Assembly (NCBI GenBank): GCA_022842645.1
Contig: JALHPE010000002.1
Span: 1,322-65,321 of the forward strand
Length of the DNA stretch: 64,000 nt
Source of the DNA: Minisyncoccota bacterium
Lineage (GTDB): Bacteria; Patescibacteriota; Minisyncoccia; Phycocordibacterales; UBA2100
Reading direction: 5' to 3'
Shown: piece by piece, positions 38,595-48,584 of the stretch
Position numbering within the stretch: position 1 is the first letter of the stretch
How the letters are laid out: each line of letters begins with the position of its first letter
Position numbers and translations under genes: made by a program
The notes under the pieces: model-generated
What the model was told of the DNA's origin: nothing
Databases searched by the model: none
The model's input: the letters and a program-made list of their open reading frames with translations, nothing else

Positions 38595-38873
38595 CTATCG
38601 TGCTGGCGCGGTGTTTGCTTCCTGACACGTCGGTGAGTTGTCATTGTCCCACCTTGTGCCATCGCCGTTACATTTTCCCACGGTACCCTTCGCAACGCAC
38701 AAGTAGGCGCCGGGCGAGTACAGGCGGTCGTGAAAAACGCAGAACCCCTTTGGTGGGGGTGTATACCCGCACACTGTACACGGAGCTGTCGGATTGGTGG
38801 GGCGGCTGGGATCTTCAGCCATAGCTGCAATTGGAATCAATATCAACGCTGCAGAAAGAGCGAGTTGTCTCAT
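38595..38873 (-). CDS. Small secreted Cys-rich protein (DUF1496-like C...YS.GA..C)
   Basis: Signal peptide (AMA), GGAGG SD, hairpin at about 38537-38562. Confidence 0.7.
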   Translation of the reverse strand: MRQLALSAALILIPIAAMAEDPSRPTNPTAPCTVCGYTPPPKGFCVFHDRLYSPGAYLCVAKGTVGKCNGDGTRWDNDNSPTCQEANTAPAR

Positions 38874-39105
38874 GTCGTCTACCTCCAGATTTGTGGCACA
38901 AAGGTACTCACGAAGTAAGCATCCGGCCACCGGCACAACTTCTATCATTATTTCTTTTTATTGTCACGCTGCTGCTAGTCGCGAGAGCGTGAATTCAAAA
39001 TCTGAATAAATAATGTCAGAGTTCTTTATACATCACAGAAAAGGCAAGGAACTTATTGTGTGATAAAAAGCCGCCCCTTGTGGAGGGGCGGCTGCAAAGA
39101 GCGAT

Positions 39106-39558
39106 TTAGGTAGCCGGTACGATGCGAGCACCGATGCTTTCGAGATATGCTCGAGATTTGTCAGAAATGCTTCCAACTGTACCAGTCTCAATTGCAAGAG
39201 GCGATGCTTTAATGAGCTTGATGAGTTTGGTCGTGTCGATGCAGCGGTGCACTTTGTGCCAACCGCTCTTCTTCTCGACGCTAACGCCACCACGTATGTA
39301 CCGACCCGTGAACATAATCCCAATCCTGTTGCCTTGGTCTTCGACCGAAACAACCTTGGCGCGATCATAGCCGTAGACCTTACCGCTCGGCTGTTCGGCA
39401 TCTATCCAGATCGTTGCGCCCTTTTCGATTTTGGCGAGTTCGTTGAGCGGAATACATTCGAACAACGCACCAATTTCTCGACTTCGGAAGCCAGTCCATT
39501 TGTTGTAGTACACAACTTCATCGGGGAGTTTTGCAGTATCAGATTTCCTCGTTGCCAT
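39106..39558 (-). CDS. Hypothetical protein
   Basis: GAGGAG SD, hairpin terminator at about 39070-39093. Confidence 0.65.
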   Translation of the reverse strand: MATRKSDTAKLPDEVVYYNKWTGFRSREIGALFECIPLNELAKIEKGATIWIDAEQPSGKVYGYDRAKVVSVEDQGNRIGIMFTGRYIRGGVSVEKKSGWHKVHRCIDTTKLIKLIKASPLAIETGTVGSISDKSRAYLESIGARIVPAT

Positions 39559-39929
39559 CACTATTCTCCTCGTTTGAGAGCAAAAATCCGCCCCGCAGGG
39601 CAGACTGCCAGCTTTATACCACAAAATGTGAAATACATCAGGTAAATGACGTCCGATTCCTCTTCAGTAGGCCTGAGCCAAGCTGTGGCCAATTTGGCGC
39701 CAAATGAGCCAGTCCTTGGCTCACGCCTGGGCGAAAAACGGCAAGTTTTCTCGCTGTGGGGAGGGGATAGTACACGATAATTATAGCTGAAAGCCAAACG
39801 GCAGGGGAAAGCCATTTGGCAAGTACATGCAGAGAATGCGTAGCTTCTTTAGGTGAGTGGTTTCTTTTTGCTTACTATCTTGCCCCCCGCCCTCTATGGC
39901 AACTTAAATTACACGGAAATCGAGATAGG

Positions 39930-42900
39930 TTAAGCCGCCATTTTCTCAATCCGTTCGTAAAATTCTTTAGAACGTTTATTGACAAGTCCATATTCTAAAA
40001 TGGCATGAGCAGTGTATTTCTGAACTTCTCTACCTTTGCGAGTTAGTTCATCATACACTTTTTCAAAAAGCTGCTTATTATCGGAATAGGTAATATTGGC
40101 TTCCTTTGCAATATTTAAGATACGCTCAACCACTGTTTTATTCTCCATTGAACGCATTAGAATATGATTAATAAGTATGTGACCAAGTCTTTCATACGAA
40201 GCTGCCGTCATTGGTAATTGTGAAATTAATGACAGTGCAGGAGCATAATGGTCTAAGCCCGAGAGGTTTTGATGTTCCAAATATTCAGTCATTGTGCTCG
40301 TAATCTCTTCCATTTCTGACTTGGTGAGATAACCCTGAATTTTGTACTTATACACTAACTCTGTCATCTGTCGTTGATGGTCAGTATTTGTACTCTCCAG
40401 ATTTTTGGTGATTACAGCAACGAGTACTTTTTTGAAGGCAGCTTCATTGAATTTAATCTTTGGCAGTGCAGTCATGAGAGTAATCTTCTCGGGGAAGTTT
40501 TCTCGTTGGGCACGACTTAGTGTGCAGTTAGCAACTAATTCAGGGTTTGTTACCTTCCTTAATTCAGTAAACTGTTCAAGTGCAGCGAGATAATGCGGTG
40601 CATTCTTGATAGTTCGGGCGAGGAAAGATTCTTTGTGTTGTGCGTCAAAATGCGAAGACAATGAGCGAAATACTTCATGATCTTGGAAGCTGCGCGATTC
40701 GAGAATTTCTCTTAAGTTGTCATAAGCAGGACCTGGTTTATTAAGAAAGTCCGTTGCCGACAAGACTTTTTCCAATGTAGATACGGGCGAGGAAGTCAGT
40801 ATCTCATTCGTGTACTGTTTGAGGGGCTCAATGTTGTCGTCATGGTGTTCTACTGCAAGACCTCTCAAAATGAGCAGGTTTGTCGTTACTGCCACTCGCG
40901 GTATCGGATTGTTGTTCTGGTCGTAATTCTGTCTAAGACGAGCTGTAAGTGCTGTAATTTGGTCGGCCGTGACTCTCGAATCAACCTTCTCGAGACTTTC
41001 TCGTATCGCGGTATTTACTATTTCCACTGCTCTGTCGTCGCCAATAGCCGGTTGCTGAGCAGCAAGCTCAGAAAGCTTGTGGAAAAGAGCATTGATAGAG
41101 TGCTCATTAAGAGTTGATTCAGCAGTCAGAACCAATCGTACTTTTCGGAGGAGGGGAGAAGTGGTGATGTCGAGAATGCTCAAATCTGAAGAAGTAATCG
41201 TTCGAACAATTCTCTCTAAGTGTTCATTACGAATATACGCTTTTCGAGCCTTTAGATTGGGTATGAAGATGTCAGCATTATCAAGGTCTTCGAGTAAGCT
41301 ATTTTCTCCTAAGATTGAAGAAATTTCTTCGATTTGCCCCTCGCTAAACAGTTCGGGGTTATCAGAAATCTTTTTGAGCAGTTGCTTCCTATATGTATCG
41401 TCATCTATGTTGACTCTAAAAGCTTCGGCGCGTGCAACACGCTCCAGGAGTGAGACGTATTTCTTTGCAAGCTGTAATCGGTTCGAACCGTTAACTCTGG
41501 GCATCAAGTAATCAAAAAGAACAGGCAATCTAAAGCCCTCAATGTAATGAGTAGATTCGGTTTCTGTTCCCAAGATATATGCCGCTATGCGGTTCAAGAA
41601 ACTGGACGAAAATCCAATATTTTGGACCGTATTATTACTGAAAAAGGTATTAATAATGTTGTAAACTCGTACAGCACTTGATTTAACATTTTCGATATTC
41701 TCAATAATAAATTGCTCTAAATATCTGGGACTGCCCGTTTCTGCTTTTCCAAGCATTTCGGTCACCTTATCGTCGTCACCATCCTGAAGTGCCTCTGTGA
41801 GTTTTTCTGCATTTGTGCTGATGCGTCGCGAGTCCTCAGATTGCTTAAGGAAAATAAAAGGTGAAATATTATTGGTCGTTATAAACTTCGTGCGCAGAAG
41901 GAATCTGTATAGAGAGTCATCCCCTCGATGCTCGAAGCGTTTTCGCAGTTTATCGTCTTCAGGAATCTTATTTTCAACAATGTGCCTATCAACAACATTC
42001 CATAAACCCGGCTCTTGTTTCAGGTCATTGAAAAAATCAGGATAGCGTTGTTCAATGACCATGACTTTTGCAAGCATTTGGATATTTCGAGTTACTACGC
42101 CCCTTGGCTGTAGTATGTTGCCATCATTTTCTCGATGGTGAGCGAGCAAGAAAGAGGAGATAAGAGCATTAATAAATTGCTTAATTTTCCTAGGGTTAGG
42201 GTTATCACGATGAGAAGAAGATATAACCGCGAGCAAATCCGAGCGCGTTTGCTCGTCAGGCATGGGTAATTTGGTTTCAGCAATTAAGCCACCTGTAAAT
42301 CTGTCTAGGTCACCCGCCAATACAGGAGGGATGCGGACATATGTGTTGAAGAATTTTCGCAAAAATTCATCTGTGTACCGTTCTCCTATAGTTTCGGATT
42401 CCTTATTATTCGATTCTTTGTGATAGATATGCAACAAGTGTCTTTTAATCGCTTTCTCGTCGCACTGAATAAGAAAAGCAACACGCTCATATTCCAAGAA
42501 CGTCTTAACGGAAGAAAGCAGTTGTAAGATTTTCTCATCAGAAACTCTATCCAAGTTATCGATGATAATCACTACTTTTTCGAATCCTTGCTTTATTTTT
42601 GCATCAATAATCGATTCAAAGAGCTTTTCGAATTGCTCTGCAAATTCGATACGATGTTCAGTGACTGTTATCTCATGCACCTTCAGGACTCCTTTGGCTG
42701 CCGAGAAGAACCAATCTAGAACTTTGCTTAAAAATTCTTTTGCAAATACCACCGCAATCGCGGTGAAGGTACCGACACCGCCTAAGATTTGCAATATCCA
42801 TTTGTATACAGAATTGACAGTCAAATCAGCTGCGAAAAACATCGCAACTCCAACTGTTGCAATTGCAATTGGTACCAGTAACCTAACCCAGCTGTTCTTA

Positions 42901-43328
42901 TCGGGAGAAAGAGAATTCTGCTGTTCGATGTGGGAGGAAGACTCATATATTTTTTTCAGCTTCTCCAGTCCAGTATTTAGTCCGGTTTTATCATCCAAGA
43001 AAATCAAGAACTGACGGCGAAAGCTGTCTGATTCGTATTTCCAAATATCAAATTCGACAACTGCTGTTTTTGTGGGGTCAATGAATTCTGTGCGCAGTAA
43101 CCTACCGATACCGCTTTTTCCTGTTCCCCAGCTGCCAAAAAGCCCTACCGTAAATGGCCCTTCCTCATGCTTCCATTTTGCAAGTACGTCACCTAAGGTT
43201 CGGGCAACTGACCTGTGTTCAAGAGCGTCATTTGCGGGCTCACTTATCGGCCTATCAGGTAAAAAAGATACGCTTTCAACACCGTCTTGGGGGTCGTTAC
43301 CGTTTTGGGAGTCGTTTTCGGAGGTCAT
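39930..43328 (-). CDS. KAP-family P-loop NTPase with a long helical C-terminus
   Basis: GLFGSWGTGKS, FDIWKY, two TM helices, IIDNLDR, FLRKFF, NPRKIKQFIN. AT-richer than the flanks. Confidence 0.9.
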   Translation of the reverse strand: MTSENDSQNGNDPQDGVESVSFLPDRPISEPANDALEHRSVARTLGDVLAKWKHEEGPFTVGLFGSWGTGKSGIGRLLRTEFIDPTKTAVVEFDIWKYESDSFRRQFLIFLDDKTGLNTGLEKLKKIYESSSHIEQQNSLSPDKNSWVRLLVPIAIATVGVAMFFAADLTVNSVYKWILQILGGVGTFTAIAVVFAKEFLSKVLDWFFSAAKGVLKVHEITVTEHRIEFAEQFEKLFESIIDAKIKQGFEKVVIIIDNLDRVSDEKILQLLSSVKTFLEYERVAFLIQCDEKAIKRHLLHIYHKESNNKESETIGERYTDEFLRKFFNTYVRIPPVLAGDLDRFTGGLIAETKLPMPDEQTRSDLLAVISSSHRDNPNPRKIKQFINALISSFLLAHHRENDGNILQPRGVVTRNIQMLAKVMVIEQRYPDFFNDLKQEPGLWNVVDRHIVENKIPEDDKLRKRFEHRGDDSLYRFLLRTKFITTNNISPFIFLKQSEDSRRISTNAEKLTEALQDGDDDKVTEMLGKAETGSPRYLEQFIIENIENVKSSAVRVYNIINTFFSNNTVQNIGFSSSFLNRIAAYILGTETESTHYIEGFRLPVLFDYLMPRVNGSNRLQLAKKYVSLLERVARAEAFRVNIDDDTYRKQLLKKISDNPELFSEGQIEEISSILGENSLLEDLDNADIFIPNLKARKAYIRNEHLERIVRTITSSDLSILDITTSPLLRKVRLVLTAESTLNEHSINALFHKLSELAAQQPAIGDDRAVEIVNTAIRESLEKVDSRVTADQITALTARLRQNYDQNNNPIPRVAVTTNLLILRGLAVEHHDDNIEPLKQYTNEILTSSPVSTLEKVLSATDFLNKPGPAYDNLREILESRSFQDHEVFRSLSSHFDAQHKESFLARTIKNAPHYLAALEQFTELRKVTNPELVANCTLSRAQRENFPEKITLMTALPKIKFNEAAFKKVLVAVITKNLESTNTDHQRQMTELVYKYKIQGYLTKSEMEEITSTMTEYLEHQNLSGLDHYAPALSLISQLPMTAASYERLGHILINHILMRSMENKTVVERILNIAKEANITYSDNKQLFEKVYDELTRKGREVQKYTAHAILEYGLVNKRSKEFYERIEKMAA

Positions 43329-43510
43329 GTTGATTAATTCATGAAATCATTCGTTAAACCACTTGGTTTGTCAATTAAGGAAACGAAGCGCTTTTCGAGC
43401 GGTTATGAAGCTATGGGTGGTAGTAGGGTCAGGTACCGCAAAGTAAATACATCATGTTGTAATGATATTCATATCGGAGAGCGCTGCTAGCAATCACATC
43501 AATCGCTTTA

Positions 43511-43653
43511 CTCCGCGGGTAGTCGGCGTCGCCGGAGGCGAACCAGGCGCCTCGTTTTGGATAGGTGCTCGCCACCGCTCGCGCGAATTCTTTGCGAGTA
43601 GACTCGCCACCCAATAGGACTCTCACCCAAGGGTTCGAGTCCAGCCCGCGGAG
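43511..43653. repeat. tRNA-3'-end-derived repeats downstream of tRNA-Asn
   Basis: 43511-43522 is a 12-bp direct copy of the tRNA 3' end. 43632-43653 is an inverted copy matching 20/22. Confidence 0.8.
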
Positions 43654-43700
43654 GAGTTGCAACAGAAAACGCCCACAAGGGGCGTCTCTGTTTTGCAAAG

Positions 43701-44012
43701 CTCCGCGGGTAGGACTCGAACCTACAACCAACTCGTTACACTTTGTCCCGAAATTTCTTAAGGGGGTGGACTATATCATCATCCTTCGTTCTAAACGGAT
43801 CGGATGCGAGGTGCTTCGGGCGCTTTCGCGCTCTACTCCCTTACGGGATAGTCTCTGAACCTTCTCGTCAATTTTTACATTGACGAGCTCGGCTGCTGAT
43901 TACCCACCGATTAGGGTTTGGGCTTCCAGCAATTCTCCTCGTTTTTCTTCCCGCATTCCTACAGGAAGCTGCCTACTGACAGCGAGCTGCTCTACCATTG
44001 AGCTACCGCGGA
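43701..44012 (-). tRNA. tRNA-Asn(GTT), split by an intron between anticodon positions 35 and 36
   Basis: 5' exon 44012-43979 TCCGCGGTAGCTCAATGGTAGAGCAGCTCGCTGT. 3' exon 43738-43701 TAACGAGTTGGTTGTAGGTTCGAGTCCTACCCGCGGAG. Confidence 0.93.
43739..43978 (-). ncRNA. Group I self-splicing intron (240 nt, no ORF)
   Basis: Exon ends in U and intron ends in G. Core elements P AATTGCTGGAAG, Q AATCAGCAG, R GTTCAGAGACTA, S ATGATATAGTCC. Confidence 0.92.
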
Positions 44013-44076
44013 ATATACCGTTAATCGCTTAACGGCTGCGGGGCAGTATAGCTGAAAAGCCCAGGATTTCAAACGG

Positions 44077-44101
44077 AAAAACCCGCCTGTGGCGGGTTTT
44101 T
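44077..44101. terminator. Bidirectional terminator
   Basis: AAAAACCCGCC-tgt-GGCGGGTTTTT. Confidence 0.8.
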
Positions 44102-44124
44102 GCGTCACTCTTGTGCGAGAGGTT

Positions 44125-46272
44125 CTACTGAAGCTCCGGCATTGGAATGTTCAAGCTTGCGCAGTGAACCATATTGATCCAACGCTGCGTAGTCTTGAAC
44201 ACATATCCTGTTGGAGTGTTTTCAGGAAGACCAAATGAGCTCCACGGCTTCAAGACTTCGTTTTTGTACTTGAGCTGGAACGCATTCACCGCATTCTCTG
44301 TTTCTTCTCCAAAGATACCGTTTACTTCAAGTGAGAGACCAAGCTCGCTATTCAAGAAGTTTTGCAATTTCTTTACTTCTTCAATATCGTTTGTGCGACC
44401 GATATGCATGTAGGTGGTGATAAGTGCAGAGCAGGTGTCATCTAAGGTAGCGACACCAAGTACATCGCCACCAATCGGATTTTCTTCAGAAGTATCTGAC
44501 TTGCTCTCACAGCCCGGATCGTTCATGTCGTAGAGACCATCGCCGTCGTCGTCGACGTTGTTGCCACAGGCTTTCTTAATTCCTTTCCCAGATGTTTTTG
44601 GGGTCTCGGTGACTTCTGGCTCAGAAGTTTCTTCCTCACCACCCTCGTTGCTTACGCAGTTCGGGAACGTTCCGCTCTGGCCTTCTGGGCACACTTCGGG
44701 CGTTGGTTCGGAGCAGTTTGGAGGCGTTCCAACCTGTCCCTCTGGGCATGTTTCTGGTTCGGGGGTTACGCAGTTAGGGAATACGCCAACCTGACCCTCA
44801 GGGCATGATATGACGACAGGGACGCATGCTGGTGGTACACCAACCGTTCCTTCTGGGCAGACTTCAGGAACCACGGGAACACACGCAGGAGGAACTCCCA
44901 CGGTGCCTTCTGGGCATGTTGGTGGAGGAGGGGTGACGCAATTAGGGGGCGTGCCGGTCTGTCCCTCTGGGCACACGCCGTTTGGTGTCGGGTCACATGG
45001 ATCACCCGTTCCATCGTTGTCGCTATCAAGCTGGTTGGTATTTGCGTGTGACGGACAGTTGTCGGAAGAATCAGGAATAGTGTCAGCGTCAGTGTCTATG
45101 ACTGGTGGTGGAACACATTGCTGCGTGCCAACGTTCCAGGTGTTTGGCGCCAAGCACTGTGCGTCGAGGCAAGGGCCAGCGACTTGCATGCCAGTCACAT
45201 TGGGGCATGCGTCGACTGGAGGTGGTGGCATGACGCATGAGCTGCTATTCCAGGTGCCGCCATCTTGTACGCAGGTGTCATTTGCACATGGTCCTGATGT
45301 TTGAGTACCAGGAACCTGTGGACACGCATCAGGTGTGGGGATGTTGACCTGGAACGAATACACTGAGTCTCCCGAGCTTTCTGCGCCGGGTGGTGTTTGG
45401 TGGTAGAGCTTCACCGTAATCGTGTAGATGCCAGCAGCTGCGTAGGTGATGGAATTACTCCATGTGCCCGTAAAGTTTTTCGGGCCGCCCGCAGGATCAA
45501 TGAAGTTCGTGGTGGAGGTGTTATCAATCACGCTGTTACCCCAGTTCACTTGCACATCATGTGCGCTCAACTGACCAACATAGGGCGTGCCTTCACCAGT
45601 TCCAGTGAGGGTAAGGGTGAGACCCGAAATTGAAACGGGTTGGTTTACAGTAACTGCATAGTTCGAGGAATCAGTAATAGTGATGCCATCGACACGGAAG
45701 TATTCGTCGGAGCTATTGGTATTTGCCTTAAAGCGAAGGCGAAATGTCGTGTTGTCGAGACTGTTCGGAAGGTTGAATGCATTTTGTGTTGTCCACGACG
45801 CATCATCGCGCATGTCGTGATTCTGAAGCTGGCTCCATCCGCTCGCATCAGTGCAGCTTCCCGATCCCGCTTTATATTCGACGATGCCATCATCGGCGTT
45901 ACTGCCAGCGTCGGAGTCGCCGCGCCAATAGTAGGAAAGCTTGAGGCCCTCGCGATTTGCAGCGTTAATTTCGCGACAGATCCACTCACCCTGTGCAATT
46001 TTTGCAAATGCACCGGCATCAGGACTTGCCGAATCATTGCCGCTTCCAGCAGCTTGCGCGAGCGTGCTCGAATCGCTGTCCGTTCCTTCCTCATCCCAGT
46101 TCGGGATATCGTTTATGGTTACGGTGCCGAAGCTCTCTAGCGGCAAGACGGTAATTGCATGTGCAATACCAGGAATAATAGGAGCGAGCGATGAGCCAGT
46201 TATCACGGTGATGATAAACAAACTCAACGCTTTATGCGCGAGAGAACCTCGCAGTTGTGTTGCGTATAACAT
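44125..46272 (-). CDS. Large surface protein: beta-sandwich/PKD-like domains, TSP3-like Ca-binding motifs, CPEG repeats, C-terminal peptidoglycan-binding domain
   Basis: Signal peptide, DTDADTIPDSSDNCP, repeated CPEG..G.PP.C, EVKKLQNFLN..GIFGEETENAV.AFQ. Confidence 0.8.
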   Translation of the reverse strand: MLYATQLRGSLAHKALSLFIITVITGSSLAPIIPGIAHAITVLPLESFGTVTINDIPNWDEEGTDSDSSTLAQAAGSGNDSASPDAGAFAKIAQGEWICREINAANREGLKLSYYWRGDSDAGSNADDGIVEYKAGSGSCTDASGWSQLQNHDMRDDASWTTQNAFNLPNSLDNTTFRLRFKANTNSSDEYFRVDGITITDSSNYAVTVNQPVSISGLTLTLTGTGEGTPYVGQLSAHDVQVNWGNSVIDNTSTTNFIDPAGGPKNFTGTWSNSITYAAAGIYTITVKLYHQTPPGAESSGDSVYSFQVNIPTPDACPQVPGTQTSGPCANDTCVQDGGTWNSSSCVMPPPPVDACPNVTGMQVAGPCLDAQCLAPNTWNVGTQQCVPPPVIDTDADTIPDSSDNCPSHANTNQLDSDNDGTGDPCDPTPNGVCPEGQTGTPPNCVTPPPPTCPEGTVGVPPACVPVVPEVCPEGTVGVPPACVPVVISCPEGQVGVFPNCVTPEPETCPEGQVGTPPNCSEPTPEVCPEGQSGTFPNCVSNEGGEEETSEPEVTETPKTSGKGIKKACGNNVDDDGDGLYDMNDPGCESKSDTSEENPIGGDVLGVATLDDTCSALITTYMHIGRTNDIEEVKKLQNFLNSELGLSLEVNGIFGEETENAVNAFQLKYKNEVLKPWSSFGLPENTPTGYVFKTTQRWINMVHCASLNIPMPELQ

Positions 46273-46432
46273 GCTAAATATGGCTTAAAGCCTTGTTAAT
46301 TACCCCTCATAATCAACAGATCAGAAAAAGAAAAACACCCGTTAGGGGGTGTCGCTGCAAAGACCCTACTACGTTTCTAAAAAAGCACAAGGTTGTGGGA
46401 ATGTTGCGAGGGTAGATGGTAGAATGGGGGGT

Positions 46433-46798
46433 ATGGACATTCGTCTTAAGGCAAAAAAACAGGTGGCGTTAACAACCGCCATTCAGAAGTATCTTGATAC
46501 GCGTTTGCGCTCACTCGAACGACTGTTGGGTTCGCACGCTGAGCTTGCCCGCTGTGAAGTAGAGCTCGGTCGTGCTGCAGGAAAGAAGCACCAAAGCGAC
46601 CACATGTGGTTTGCAGAGGTTCACATTAAAGCACCCGGTGGCATATCGGCATATGCAAAAAATCACGCCGCATCGGTGAACGCCGCAATCGATGATGTAA
46701 AAGAAGAAGTGGAACGTCAGCTCCGCACCGCTAAAAAGGTGCGTGTGACGAAAAGAAAGAAGCAGGGAAGAGAGGCAAAGCACGCACTTCGCGGCTAA
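46433..46798 (+). CDS. Ribosome hibernation factor (HPF/RaiA family)
   Basis: LT.AIQKY...RL..LE, AEVHI..PG, AAIDDVKEEVERQLR. Confidence 0.85.
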   Translation: MDIRLKAKKQVALTTAIQKYLDTRLRSLERLLGSHAELARCEVELGRAAGKKHQSDHMWFAEVHIKAPGGISAYAKNHAASVNAAIDDVKEEVERQLRTAKKVRVTKRKKQGREAKHALRG

Positions 46799-46850
46799 AA
46801 AGAAACGCGCCGGGTCGTAAGACTCGGCGCGTATTGTATCTGCGTGCTCC

Positions 46851-47084
46851 TTAGCACAAGGCAGCTTCGACGAAGGTGCCGTGGTTGATGCGGACCTTCC
46901 ACTGCTTACGGTCACGTGTCTTGACGACGACCTGCAGCGTTCCGCCTTCATCGGTCTGCATGTCCTGTTGGACATCAACAATTTGTATCGGTTTGTTGCC
47001 CCGAGGTTCCCAGCTGGCAAGAGCAGATGCAATCTGCTTTTTTACCATCTGACTTCCTTTTTCTCCAAGCTCGCGCAGCTTCAT
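46851..47084 (-). CDS. Small hypothetical protein
   Basis: AAAGGAG SD, hairpin at about 46805-46832. Confidence 0.6.
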   Translation of the reverse strand: MKLRELGEKGSQMVKKQIASALASWEPRGNKPIQIVDVQQDMQTDEGGTLQVVVKTRDRKQWKVRINHGTFVEAALC

Positions 47085-47167
47085 GGGGTACGTTCTCCTT
47101 TGTACATTTCCCCGGCCTGCCACTACTCTCTCCTAACTCATAAAAACAGTCAATCCGCAATCCACAC

Positions 47168-48031
47168 CTAGAGCGGTTTTGCACCCGAACGCACAAAAGC
47201 TTCGTAGGCCATCTCACCCTTACCCTCCGGCTTCACGGTTTCTATTACAAACCGCTCACCCTCGCGGTGTGCTTTCACGATAATGGTGCGGATCCTTTTT
47301 TTGTCACGCTCAAAGTAGGTGTAGATTCCAGGCCACCCAAAATACGCACGGAATTTTCGATCGTTTATTTCTGCAGAATCGGAAAGACTCACCAGCCCGT
47401 CTTCTTTTGAAATTTTTCCGCAGTGTGTCGTGGCAGATTCATCCTGCACTTCTTCAGGGAGCGTTCCTTCTGCGAGCGCAGGGAAAATGCCGACGAGCAG
47501 CTCTTTTGCGATGCCATTTAAGCGTGCGCGGAGCGCAGGCGCCGTTTCACCTTTCTCAATCGCAGTTCTTTCAAGTGCGACAAGAGGTCCCGCGTCGAGC
47601 TTGTGCACGATACGTTGGATTGCAACACCGGTTTCAGCATCGCCCGCAAGTATCGCGCTCTCCACAGGAGTTGCACCGCGCCAGCGGGGGAGGAGGGAAT
47701 AGTGAATGTTATACATCGGGAGCACGTCGAGGAGTGCTTGGGGGAGGATTTTGCCGTAGGCAACGACAACAGCAAACTCAAGTTTGTAGTTGGTAGACTG
47801 TAGTGTGTAGATAAAGTCAGAATCTAATTTTTCGGGCTTGAGGACGGGAATGCCGCGCTCGCGCCCCCAGGCTGCAACCGCGGTTTCTTTCATTTCCATT
47901 CCGCGTCCTTGCGGCCTATCCGGCATCGTCACAATGACGGCAGGCAGTCCGCCAGCCGGGAAACCCGCACCCTCAAGTGCTTCAAGAATCTCAACCGCAA
48001 GTGTCGGTGTCCCGAAGAAAGCGAAATTCAT
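47168..48031 (-). CDS. fmt: Methionyl-tRNA formyltransferase
   Basis: FFGTP, PDRPQGRG, VVAYGKIL, NIHYSLLPRWRGATP, LDAGP. Confidence 0.96.
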   Translation of the reverse strand: MNFAFFGTPTLAVEILEALEGAGFPAGGLPAVIVTMPDRPQGRGMEMKETAVAAWGRERGIPVLKPEKLDSDFIYTLQSTNYKLEFAVVVAYGKILPQALLDVLPMYNIHYSLLPRWRGATPVESAILAGDAETGVAIQRIVHKLDAGPLVALERTAIEKGETAPALRARLNGIAKELLVGIFPALAEGTLPEEVQDESATTHCGKISKEDGLVSLSDSAEINDRKFRAYFGWPGIYTYFERDKKRIRTIIVKAHREGERFVIETVKPEGKGEMAYEAFVRSGAKPL

Positions 48032-48038
48032 TTTGCTG

Positions 48039-48581
48039 TTATAGCACAAGCTCGGAAGTACTGAGTATCAACCCGAGCATGGTACCAGCAAAAAGGAAGA
48101 GAACGATCCACGCTAAAACTTGGAATCGCCAATCATAACCAATGGGTTCTGGGCGCGAGAGACGGTTTACACTACTTACGAGTATCCATGTAATGGTTCC
48201 AGAAAGCAGCAACATACCGAGTACGATTGCTAAGATATCGAGTAAGGGTTGTGCAAAGAAGACGATTTCGTATGTGCCATTCATTGCCATCTGGGCGAGA
48301 AATATGCTTCCGATCAACAAATCTGCAGTTCCGAGCAAAAAAAGACCTACAATAAGTTGTATAACAAAGTCTTTTCGTTGAGGGAGGAGTGCTGGAAGTT
48401 GTGCAGCGATATATCCATAACCAAGTGCAGAAATTACAACGACAATAAGTGTTGGCACAAGTGCGATATCGATTCGGGGGTTTTGGATAAATACCGACGC
48501 GATATGAAAACTATCCCAAGCAGCACTTAGTGCAAAAAATCCAATGAGTAGTCGCAGTGTCGTTAATGACTCCTTCAACAT
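48039..48581 (-). CDS. AT-rich multi-pass membrane protein between def and fmt
   Basis: About 5 hydrophobic segments, fits the gap exactly. Confidence 0.65.
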   Translation of the reverse strand: MLKESLTTLRLLIGFFALSAAWDSFHIASVFIQNPRIDIALVPTLIVVVISALGYGYIAAQLPALLPQRKDFVIQLIVGLFLLGTADLLIGSIFLAQMAMNGTYEIVFFAQPLLDILAIVLGMLLLSGTITWILVSSVNRLSRPEPIGYDWRFQVLAWIVLFLFAGTMLGLILSTSELVL

Positions 48582-48584
48582 AAT

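Noticed and set aside
37332-43500. A defined genomic island bounded by att sites
   Set aside because: I found no distal copy of the tRNA 3' end beyond 43511 and no integrase, so boundaries cannot be supported.
43429-43858. ORFs 43429-43731 and 43565-43858
   Set aside because: They overlap tRNA-Asn, its intron and downstream repeats, so they are treated as spurious.
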